A stretch of 60,999 bases of DNA, counting the filler. It is 5 parts of 5 records of this genome, joined end to end, with 100 filler letters (N's around TTAATTAATTAA, not from the genome) between each part and the next. Parts side by side here need not be neighbours in the genome. Positions count along the whole stretch, not along the records: positions 1 to 19,166 come from SRR31156797_5589; 4 more parts are not named here. One strand, written 5' to 3'. Every line of letters begins with the position of its first letter. Position 1 is the first letter of the stretch. Shown piece by piece: positions 1 through 7,903 of the stretch. Below the pieces are notes generated by a model. It was not told the origin of the DNA, made no database searches, and saw only the letters and a list, made by a program, of their open reading frames with translations. The translations under genes were made by a program, and so were the position numbers.

Positions 1-375
1 AAGAAAATCATTTTTTTTCTTAAAATTTTCAAATGCTGCTCTTAATAATGGCATTTTGAAATTAAGTACACGACCATAATCAACAGTTAGCGAATCAAAG
101 TCATGCTCACAAATTAGTTCTTCTGTAGACAATAATCCCATTTTTTTAAGTTCATCAAGACTGATTAATAATGCATTTCCTGCAAAAGCAGAAAAACACT
201 GATATGGTGAATCGCCATATCCTGTAGGCCCCAATGGAAAAGTCTGCCATAATTTTTGACCTGAATTAATTAAAAAATCTACAAATTGATATGCCTCGCT
301 TCCTAATTCACCTATCCCGTATTTCCCCGGTAGTGAAGTAGGGTGGAGCAAAATACCACTGCTTCTTTCAAACAT
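1..375 (-). CDS. malQ: 4-alpha-glucanotransferase (amylomaltase, GH77), N-terminal part; runs off the window start
   Basis: Manual translation of the minus strand from ATG at 375 gives MFERSSGILLHPTSLPGKYGIGELG...QTFPLGPTGYGDSPYQCFSAFAGN, the typical GH77 N-terminus. GGAGG RBS upstream. Not in the ORF track. Confidence 0.93.
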   Translation of the reverse strand, partial: MFERSSGILLHPTSLPGKYGIGELGSEAYQFVDFLINSGQKLWQTFPLGPTGYGDSPYQCFSAFAGNALLISLDELKKMGLLSTEELICEHDFDSLTVDYGRVLNFKMPLLRAAFENFKKKNDFL

Positions 376-408
376 CCTAATTACCTCCATAATAAATAAT
401 TTTATAAT

Positions 409-429
409 AGTAGTACTATATGTACCACT
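409..429. promoter_or_regulatory. Palindromic operator copy 1 (AGTAGTAC-tatat-GTACCACT)
   Basis: Directly downstream of the malQ -10 box. The same motif occurs at three other promoters. Confidence 0.8.
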
Positions 430-458
430 ATTATAATCCCTTGATTTTATTTTGTCAA
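430..458 (-). promoter_or_regulatory. Consensus sigma70 promoter for malQ (TTGACA-17-TATAAT)
   Basis: Plus-strand tgtcaa at 453-458 and attata at 430-435, 17-nt spacer. Confidence 0.85.
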
Positions 459-507
459 GATCATTTTTTAATTTTAGTTTTTCTCAAAAATATTTATATC
501 TGAACTC

Positions 508-536
508 TTGACAAGTAAAAAAATATAGAATATAAT
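508..536 (+). promoter_or_regulatory. Consensus sigma70 promoter for the sulfatase (TTGACA-17-TATAAT)
   Basis: TTGACA at 508-513, TATAAT at 531-536. Confidence 0.85.
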
Positions 537-539
537 TAT

Positions 540-560
540 AGTAGTACAGAGAGAACTACT
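540..560. promoter_or_regulatory. Palindromic operator copy 2 (AGTAGTAC-agaga-GAACTACT)
   Basis: Overlaps the expected +1 of the sulfatase promoter. Confidence 0.8.
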
Positions 561-689
561 TTTTCAAGAGAGCGGAATTAATGTTTTTATCAAAAGAGTT
601 TTTATACTAAAAGCGCAGCAGGTACTAAGCGTTTAGAGAGGTTTAGTACCAAATTATTTTACTATTATTAGATTATAAAGGAGACGAGA

Positions 690-2072
690 ATGAGTAGCAA
701 AAAACCTAACGTTATTTTAATTATTTCTGATCAGTGGTCAGCCAAAATGGCAGATGGATCAGGCGAAGAAGGTAAATTAAACACACCAGGATTGAATAAA
801 ATGGCATCAGAGGGGATGAGGTTCGAAGAGAGTTACAGTTCATTCCCACTATGTTGTCCGGCCAGATCGAGTATCTATACCGGTCTAATGCCGCACAATA
901 ACGGATGTATTGATAATGAAGAAGTAATAGAGTATGTGATTGGAGAAAGACCTACGACAGATAACTTTTTTACAGATACTCCTACATTAGGAGAGGAGCT
1001 TAAGAAAGCTGGATATGATACTGGTTACTTTGGAAAGGAACATGCAGCCGGATACGGTTGGGCAGGTATAGATGATTATGGAAGTATGAAATTCTCAAGA
1101 GGTGGATACCTGGCTGAGGGATCTGTATTTGATCAAATATTTGCAAAAGATGCAATAGATTTTATTAAAAGAGATAGAGATAATCCATTTTACTTAACGC
1201 TTTCTTTTGTCAATCCTCATGATATCTGTAAAACTCTGGGTGATCCAATCGCGGGAAAAAATATCTCAGACGCACTGTTTTTCTGTAGAGATGATAGTGA
1301 GAAATATCTATATGATCAGGAAAGATATGGATTACCGGAGAATTTCAATGATGAATTCGTTATGGGAATGATCAAACATAAAGATTATATGTATAATGAA
1401 CTGAAAGAGTGGGATGAAAATTATTGGAAGACATTTATATCTACATATGCTCTACTTATTGAGAAAACAGACTGGTATGTAGATTTAGTCATGAATACTT
1501 TGAAAGAGCAGGGCTTAGATGAGGATACGATAGTTATATTTACAACAGATCACGGTGATATGATGGGAAGCCATCAGTTGATAGCGAAAACAGCATTTTA
1601 TGAAGAATCAGCAAAAACACCATTTGTAATTAAGTATCCTAAGAAGATCAAAGCAGGCGAGGTAAATAAAGATGCATTTATATCATCTATAGATATTATG
1701 CCGACACTACTTGATCTATGTGAGCTACCGGTACCTGAAAGATTAGATGGAAGAAGTTTCAAAGATAGATGTTTTGGTGGAGTAAAAGGAAACTTCGGAG
1801 GGGTATTCTCAGAAAACTATTATGCGAGAATGTATAGATTCGGTGACTACAAATATATCAGAAGTAGAGTATATGATGAGAATTATGAAATACTATTTGA
1901 TATGAAAAATGATCCAAATGAAACTACAAATATATTTGGAACAGAGGGATATGAAGAAGTATCTAAGAAAGCATCTGCAACAATGGATGAGTGGTTGAAA
2001 GAACAAAATCTAGGCTTAGAGTTCGGAATTGATTATATCAAAGATTATCATGAAAAATTAGCACAAAAATAA
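690..2072 (+). CDS. Cys-type formylglycine-dependent sulfatase (S1 family)
   Basis: KPNVILIISDQ, LCCPARSSIYTG (CxPxR), TDHGDMMG and DIMPTLLDL motifs. No obvious signal peptide. Confidence 0.92.
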   Translation: MSSKKPNVILIISDQWSAKMADGSGEEGKLNTPGLNKMASEGMRFEESYSSFPLCCPARSSIYTGLMPHNNGCIDNEEVIEYVIGERPTTDNFFTDTPTLGEELKKAGYDTGYFGKEHAAGYGWAGIDDYGSMKFSRGGYLAEGSVFDQIFAKDAIDFIKRDRDNPFYLTLSFVNPHDICKTLGDPIAGKNISDALFFCRDDSEKYLYDQERYGLPENFNDEFVMGMIKHKDYMYNELKEWDENYWKTFISTYALLIEKTDWYVDLVMNTLKEQGLDEDTIVIFTTDHGDMMGSHQLIAKTAFYEESAKTPFVIKYPKKIKAGEVNKDAFISSIDIMPTLLDLCELPVPERLDGRSFKDRCFGGVKGNFGGVFSENYYARMYRFGDYKYIRSRVYDENYEILFDMKNDPNETTNIFGTEGYEEVSKKASATMDEWLKEQNLGLEFGIDYIKDYHEKLAQK

Positions 2073-2083
2073 ATTTATTTAAT

Positions 2084-2126
2084 TACTAGAAGTTACGTTT
2101 TACATAATTGTTAATTCGTAACTTCT
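2084..2126. repeat. Intergenic hairpin repeat, copy 1 (AGAAGTTACG...CGTAACTTCT), terminator-like
   Basis: 10-bp inverted repeat just after the sulfatase stop. Near-identical copy at 2485-2526. Confidence 0.75.
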
Positions 2127-2171
2127 TCTTTTATAGCAAAATTCAAGAAATACAGTTAGATATCTAAAAAA

Positions 2172-2477
2172 ATGAAAGGGAAATTTATGGATAGAAGAAA
2201 ATACATATATGAAAATCAAGATAAAGAAACAATGATATTAAGAGATTACTTAGCTGCGGAAAGAAATATATTAGCAAATGAGAGAACTTATTTAGCTTAT
2301 GTTAGAACTTCGATTAGTTTATTAGCAGCCGGAATAGGTCTTTTGAAATATTTGAACGTTAATTTATTTATACATTCATTGGGAGTCATTTTTATAGCTG
2401 CATCAATTGGGATGTTCATAGTAAGTACCAAAAACTTTTTTAAAATTGAGTTACCTTTAAGAGCACTGTTTAACTAA
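2172..2477 (+). CDS. DUF202/YidH family inner membrane protein (start may be 2187)
   Basis: RDYLAAERNILANERTYLAYVRTS motif plus two hydrophobic segments. Confidence 0.85.
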   Translation: MKGKFMDRRKYIYENQDKETMILRDYLAAERNILANERTYLAYVRTSISLLAAGIGLLKYLNVNLFIHSLGVIFIAASIGMFIVSTKNFFKIELPLRALFN

Positions 2478-2484
2478 ATAATTA

Positions 2485-2526
2485 TACTAGAAGTTACGTT
2501 TTGCATACAGTGTTAATTCGTAACTT
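2485..2526. repeat. Intergenic hairpin repeat, copy 2
   Basis: tactagaagttacgttttgcatacagtgttaattcgtaactt versus tactagaagttacgttttacataattgttaattcgtaactt at 2084. Confidence 0.75.
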
Positions 2527-2660
2527 TTTAATTTTATTAGTAGAATATTTGCCCTATTATTGATATTGCGCATTTGTGAGATAAGTTGGAATAAAGTAGC
2601 AAAATTTGGATGTAGTGATGAAGTTAATGTTTTAAATAATATTTACTAGTTTTAAGGAGA

Positions 2661-3218
2661 GTGAGTGAGATGAAAAAAATGAGTTTGGTAAAAGCTGTAC
2701 TTACCTATGTAATAAGTATTATAGTTATGATTATTTTATCAATTGGGTATTTTTGGATGTCATGGGAATTTGAGAAAAATAGTGCAGATATTTTGATAGT
2801 TTTTTTATTTAGTTTTATATTATTATCAATGTTATTACTATATTTTCGATTAAAAGCTGTATTTGAATCATTTGCTGATTTTCTTTCATCGGCACTTGAA
2901 AGAGATGAAGAGATAGATCTCAATGAAATAAAAATAGATGAATTTGTTGATTTGACAAAAGTTGTTAATTATATGATTCTTGAGAGAAAACAACTTTATA
3001 ATGAGATAAACAGCGTCAATATAACATTAAAAAAAGAGTTGAAAGATAGAGATAATAAGTTATATAAAATTATTAAAAACATAAATAGATTAATTGATAT
3101 TAAAACGGGAAAAATAAACGGGAGAAAAAATAATAAAGAGAATTCATTTTCGTTTAAATTAAGTGAGTTTAACTGGGAAAATGATATAGTTTTTCTTAAA
3201 AGAGAATATATAAGTTAG
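2661..3218 (+). CDS. Membrane protein: two TM helices, HAMP-like segment and coiled coil; no catalytic domain
   Basis: AAGGAG RBS before GTG. IKIDEFVDLTKVVNYM resembles a HAMP helix. Confidence 0.55.
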   Translation: MSEMKKMSLVKAVLTYVISIIVMIILSIGYFWMSWEFEKNSADILIVFLFSFILLSMLLLYFRLKAVFESFADFLSSALERDEEIDLNEIKIDEFVDLTKVVNYMILERKQLYNEINSVNITLKKELKDRDNKLYKIIKNINRLIDIKTGKINGRKNNKENSFSFKLSEFNWENDIVFLKREYIS

Positions 3219-3225
3219 ATAATAT

Positions 3226-3252
3226 AAAAAGTGTGTGCATCGGCACACACTC
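3226..3252. terminator. Terminator between convergent genes
   Basis: agtgtgtgc-atcg-gcacacact hairpin with a flanking A-run. Confidence 0.7.
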
Positions 3253-3267
3253 TCCTTTTAAAATGAT

Positions 3268-4632
3268 TTACACAAATTCATTAACTAAATTATTAGCCCA
3301 TTTTTTAGATCTGAAAATATATAAGCCAAATAGCATTTTTGATATTTCATTCATTGAGATAGCCAGATAAACTAAATGAACCGGAAGTTTAAATACAAAA
3401 GCTGTTATGAATCCAAGAGGTAATCCAATTAGCCAAGTACCAATAATAGTAATGTTTAGATTGAATTTAGTTTTCCCTCCACTTTTGATTATCCCCTCTA
3501 ATATAACTCCGGTTAAGACTCTGGTAAACATAAGAATTAGAAAAACTATTAATAAATTTCTAGTATGAATCTGAACTTCCAAACTAATATTGAATAGAGC
3601 TATATAGCTATTTATAAAGAAATATGCAATCAAAGCTGCAACATTAGTTCCCCAGAAAGTTGTGATGATAAATTTCTTACCGGTTTCATATGCATGATCA
3701 TAATCCTCTTTTCCGAGACTGTTCCCCAGCATAATAGCTGCGGCAGCACTTAGTCCGGCGAAGAATCCTCCCAGCATTCCCTGTAATGGATAGGTTATCA
3801 TAACTGCGGCGGCAGAGCTCGTTCCCATTCTTCCATAGATAATTGAATAAATAGTCTCTCCAACTGTCCATAGAACCTGTGCAGTTATTATAGGAATTAA
3901 AGTTGCATAGAATTTTTTTAAAAATTCATAGGAGATATTAAAATAACTCTTGATACTAATAGCACCGGGTAATTTTCTGGAATAAATAATTATTAATAAA
4001 CCCAAAGCTTCAAGCCACTTTGCAATAACAGTTGCGATTCCTGCACCGACAAAACCTAACTCAGGAAAACCAAACTTTCCAAAGATCAATAAATAGTTAA
4101 GAACAGTATTTATTAATACTGAACTAATGCTTAACATCACTGGTATTTTTACAATTTTTGCACCCTTTAGAACTGATGAATAGAGTGCTGTAATTAGAAG
4201 TGGAAATGTCATGAAAATAATAATCCTCTGATATTTTGCACCTATTTTTATTACTTCACTATCTCTAGTAAATAAACTCACAACTTCCTCTGAGAAAAAA
4301 TAAGCTGGAAGTGAAAATATTAGAAGCAGTATCAATCCCGAAAACATTGCAACTCCCATAACCTGCCCAAGATTTTTAGTATCTCCTTTTCCCCAGAATT
4401 GCGCTGTAAATATAGCGACACCTGATCCTAATCCAAATAATATAAATAGCAGTGTTACACTTAATTTCATCCCAAAGCCTACACCTGCAATTGCTGTTTC
4501 TCCTAGTTTTCCTATCATTATCTGATCGATCATAATAAGTGATGCGTTGATTAGGTTTTGAAATGCTATCGGGAGTGCCAATAACAACATCTGGGAGTAA
4601 AAATTTGATTTGTCAATTTTAAATATATTCAT
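3268..4632 (-). CDS. MATE family efflux transporter
   Basis: LALPIAFQNLI...DQIMIGKLGETAIAG and LNYLLIFGKFGFPELGFVGAGIAT motifs; about 12 TM segments. Confidence 0.93.
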   Translation of the reverse strand: MNIFKIDKSNFYSQMLLLALPIAFQNLINASLIMIDQIMIGKLGETAIAGVGFGMKLSVTLLFILFGLGSGVAIFTAQFWGKGDTKNLGQVMGVAMFSGLILLLIFSLPAYFFSEEVVSLFTRDSEVIKIGAKYQRIIIFMTFPLLITALYSSVLKGAKIVKIPVMLSISSVLINTVLNYLLIFGKFGFPELGFVGAGIATVIAKWLEALGLLIIIYSRKLPGAISIKSYFNISYEFLKKFYATLIPIITAQVLWTVGETIYSIIYGRMGTSSAAAVMITYPLQGMLGGFFAGLSAAAAIMLGNSLGKEDYDHAYETGKKFIITTFWGTNVAALIAYFFINSYIALFNISLEVQIHTRNLLIVFLILMFTRVLTGVILEGIIKSGGKTKFNLNITIIGTWLIGLPLGFITAFVFKLPVHLVYLAISMNEISKMLFGLYIFRSKKWANNLVNEFV

Positions 4633-4658
4633 ATAAATACCTCTCTCTAATTCTTTTT

Positions 4659-4679
4659 ATAAGTACATAAAGTACTACT
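4659..4679. promoter_or_regulatory. Palindromic operator copy 3 (ATAAGTAC-ataaa-GTACTACT)
   Basis: Downstream of a minus-strand TTGATT-17-TAGAAT promoter (4695-4723) for the MATE gene. Confidence 0.75.
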
Positions 4680-4792
4680 ATTTTATATAATTTCATTCTA
4701 CTATATTATTTTCAATAAATCAATAGGAAAAAATTATTAATTCAAACTCATAAAAAGCTTTTTAGATGAGAAAAATTATGATACAATAAAAA

Positions 4793-4813
4793 AGTAGTAC
4801 ACGATGTACTTAT
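4793..4813. promoter_or_regulatory. Palindromic operator copy 4 (AGTAGTAC-acgat-GTACTTAT)
   Basis: Between an extended -10 TGnTACAAT (4779-4787) and the GGAGG RBS of the amidohydrolase. Confidence 0.8.
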
Positions 4814-4835
4814 AACTTGGGAGGTGTAGTAAAAT

Positions 4836-5651
4836 ATGAGAATAATTGACTCGCATTTACATTATGGAATAATTGATCATTTTAATATGTCAGAAAAAGC
4901 AGTTATAGACACTATAGAGAAGCACAATATTGAATTTGGCATAATATCAACTATAGAGGCAATAGAGTATGATGGGAAATTAAATCTACTTGAAGATAAT
5001 TCAGAGAGAGGCCAAATAAAAGTAAATAAAAAAATGTTGGATATAATAAAGAGAAATCCGGAAAAATTAATAGGGAAATTTTGGATAAAACCAAGAACAG
5101 AAGGTTTTACTCAGGAAGTTGCAGATTTTATGACAGAGAATAAGAAGTATTTTAGGGGATTTAAGATGCACCCTTATCATTCACAATTAAAAATTACCGA
5201 TAAGAGATGCAAAGATTATATTGAGTTTGCGAAGGCCCACAGTTTACCTGTTGCAATTCATACGGCAGGGGATGATATGTCGTCACCAAAGCATGTTTAT
5301 GAGATAGCATTAAAATATCCGGATGTAAACTTCATACTGGTTCACCTTGGACTTGGAACAGACAATGAAGAATCGATTGAGCTGATTCAAAAACTACCAA
5401 ATTTATATGGAGATTCAACGTGGGTAAAAGCGGAAAAAGTATTAAAAGCAATAAAACTTTGTGGCAGTGATAAAATCATGTTTGGGACAGATGCACCAAT
5501 TGATGAAAACAGAGATACCTATGATTTTTATCAAGCTATGTTTGAATTATTAAAGATAGAGTTATCAGAAGAAGAGTTAAATAATTTTTACTATGCAAAT
5601 GCAGTTAGATTATTTGGTAATATAGAGAATAAAATTAAGCTGAAGGGATAA
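4836..5651 (+). CDS. Amidohydrolase_2 family metal-dependent hydrolase
   Basis: IIDSHLH, GFKMHP, IHT, LVHLG and FGTDAP metal-ligand motifs. Confidence 0.88.
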   Translation: MRIIDSHLHYGIIDHFNMSEKAVIDTIEKHNIEFGIISTIEAIEYDGKLNLLEDNSERGQIKVNKKMLDIIKRNPEKLIGKFWIKPRTEGFTQEVADFMTENKKYFRGFKMHPYHSQLKITDKRCKDYIEFAKAHSLPVAIHTAGDDMSSPKHVYEIALKYPDVNFILVHLGLGTDNEESIELIQKLPNLYGDSTWVKAEKVLKAIKLCGSDKIMFGTDAPIDENRDTYDFYQAMFELLKIELSEEELNNFYYANAVRLFGNIENKIKLKG

Positions 5652-5654
5652 CTA

Positions 5655-6728
5655 ATGGTAAATAAAAAAATATTGATTTTCCTTTTTACTTTGTCATGTA
5701 TTGCTTGTTATTTAAAATTTGGCAAAGTAAAAACAATAGTAAATGATGTATCTGTTGAAAAAACTAGTTTTGATTTTAATTCAATTATTGCATGGCCAAC
5801 TCGTAGTAGTGAAAAAAAACTAGCCGGGCAAGGTGTAGGTGTGGCTATAAACTCAGATGATAACTTAGTATATCTTCATAGAGGGAAAAACACTTATGAT
5901 GAGTCAGACTCAAAAATTAATGAAGCAACGATTATTATTATTGACTCTAATAGTTTAGAAGTTATTAAAAGTTTTGGAGAAAATATTTTCGTTTCACCTC
6001 ACGGCTTGGCAGTGGATAATCAAAATAATATTTGGGTAACGGATATTAAACTCAACAAAATATTCAAAATGAATTCAGATGGAGAAATATTGAAAGAATA
6101 TGGTAAGAATTATCCTTTTTATTTGGAGGCTTTATATAGATTGAAAAACATTTTTCCGAAATTACCTATGCCATATAATTCAAAGATATTTGCCAGACCG
6201 ACAGATTTAGTAATTTGCGATGATGGCAGTTTCATTGTAACGGATGGTTATAGAAATAATCGTCTTGTTAAATTTGATTCAGAGGGTGAATTGGTTTGGG
6301 AAGTCAATAAAGCAGGAAATAGATCTGGAGAATTTAACTTACCTCATGGGATAAGCCAAGATGATAAAGGAAGAATTTTTGTGGCAGATAGACAAAATCA
6401 ACGAATACAAGTATTTTCATCTAATGGTAAATGGTTAGAAAATTATGATGAACCTGATATAGGTAGAGCATTTGCCTTGGAGTTTAGGGATGGATTTTTA
6501 TACGTTGCTGATGGCGGTGATATGTTAGATGTTCCAAATTCCCAAAACAGAAGTAGAATAGTAAAATTAGATGAGAATGGAATAATAGTAAAAAAACACT
6601 CTAAATTCGGATTAAAGCTAGGTGAGTTAAATATTCCTCATGATATAAGTGTTGATTCCAATGGAAACGTATATATTGCTGAGTTATATAATAAAAGAGT
6701 ACAAAAATTTATTTTCAATGTTGATTAA
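5655..6728 (+). CDS. NHL-repeat beta-propeller, peptidyl-alpha-hydroxyglycine alpha-amidating lyase (PAL)-like
   Basis: PHGLAVD, TDGYRNNR, PHGISQD, ADRQNQRIQ and PHDISVD motifs; N-terminal hydrophobic anchor or signal. Confidence 0.8.
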   Translation: MVNKKILIFLFTLSCIACYLKFGKVKTIVNDVSVEKTSFDFNSIIAWPTRSSEKKLAGQGVGVAINSDDNLVYLHRGKNTYDESDSKINEATIIIIDSNSLEVIKSFGENIFVSPHGLAVDNQNNIWVTDIKLNKIFKMNSDGEILKEYGKNYPFYLEALYRLKNIFPKLPMPYNSKIFARPTDLVICDDGSFIVTDGYRNNRLVKFDSEGELVWEVNKAGNRSGEFNLPHGISQDDKGRIFVADRQNQRIQVFSSNGKWLENYDEPDIGRAFALEFRDGFLYVADGGDMLDVPNSQNRSRIVKLDENGIIVKKHSKFGLKLGELNIPHDISVDSNGNVYIAELYNKRVQKFIFNVD

Positions 6729-6779
6729 GTTTATTCCTTATTGACGTGCGTATATTCTGTGCTTGCTCGCCTTCAGACC

Positions 6780-6804
6780 GGGTACCCACGAGGAGTACCC
6801 TTAC
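6780..6804 (-). repeat. Isolated REP-like palindrome (GTAAGGGTACTCCTCGTGGGTACCC)
   Basis: GC-rich imperfect hairpin between convergent genes in AT-rich DNA; resembles GTAG-family REPs. Confidence 0.45.
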
Positions 6805-6825
6805 TTTAAGTCAACAGCTTTATTA

Positions 6826-7773
6826 TTATTCATCTTTCAATACATTTATAACGACACTTCCAACTTTATGCCCCTTCTGCACATATTTATGCGCATCTTT
6901 CATATCTTCCAATTTATAAGTTTTATCAATTATAACTTTAAGTTTATTTTTTTCCAGTAAATCTTTAAGAAAGAGAAAATCCTCAAGTTTAATATTATTT
7001 TCTCCATTTGTATTTTTATTTACATTTAGATATTTACCATTGCTTTTAATTAACTTTTTAGCAATTGAAGTAGCTAGTTTATCCACACAGTCTATAACAA
7101 CATCGTATCGTTCATTTATATTTTCTATATCTTGTTTAGTATAATCTATTACATGATCTGCTCCCAAAGATTTAACCAGATCGAGATTTTTCGTACTGCA
7201 AATACCTGTTATTTTCGCTCCGAAATGTTTGGCTAATTGTGTTGCAAATATCCCTACACTACCTGATGCACCATATATTAAAACATCTTTATTATTATCA
7301 ATTTTAGCTTTTTTTATTAATTCCAGTGCAGTTAATCCACCTGTAGGAGCACCGGCTGCTGCTTCTTCAAATGATAAATTCTTTGGTTTTATGGCAATGA
7401 ATCCATTTTTTACATGAGAGTTATTCTCAGCCATGCATACATATTCAGCATGGGCACCAAATTCGAATCCTGTAGTTGCAAATATCTCATCGCCGACTTT
7501 AAATCTTTTTACATTTTTGCCCGTTTCCTCAACTACTCCTGCGAGCTCCATACCTAGTATTGGACGTTTTGGTTTAGTCACTCCCAGATATAAGCGAAAA
7601 GGTATCTTTTGCCAAAATGGTACATCAAAGCTACGAACACGTACATCTCCGATATGACATGTTGTTGTATATATTTTTATTAAAACTTCATTTTCATTTG
7701 GATTAGGTTTTGCTACATCTTCTAGTTTCAGAACGTCTGTGGAACCATATCCAGTACATAATATTGCTCTCAT
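6826..7773 (-). CDS. MDR-family NAD(P)-dependent oxidoreductase (quinone reductase-like)
   Basis: ILGMELAGVVE, GAHAEY, LIYGASGSVG and LGADHVIDY motifs. Confidence 0.9.
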   Translation of the reverse strand: MRAILCTGYGSTDVLKLEDVAKPNPNENEVLIKIYTTTCHIGDVRVRSFDVPFWQKIPFRLYLGVTKPKRPILGMELAGVVEETGKNVKRFKVGDEIFATTGFEFGAHAEYVCMAENNSHVKNGFIAIKPKNLSFEEAAAGAPTGGLTALELIKKAKIDNNKDVLIYGASGSVGIFATQLAKHFGAKITGICSTKNLDLVKSLGADHVIDYTKQDIENINERYDVVIDCVDKLATSIAKKLIKSNGKYLNVNKNTNGENNIKLEDFLFLKDLLEKNKLKVIIDKTYKLEDMKDAHKYVQKGHKVGSVVINVLKDE

Positions 7774-7903
7774 AGAAACCTCCTAAGGCTTAGATTTAGC
7801 CAATCATTATAATTCCTCTTAAGTAAAATATACTTAATTAAATTAAAAAGTCCTCTCATATTATTGAAAGGACGGTTTAAATACTAGTGTTTTTTTATTT
7901 GGA

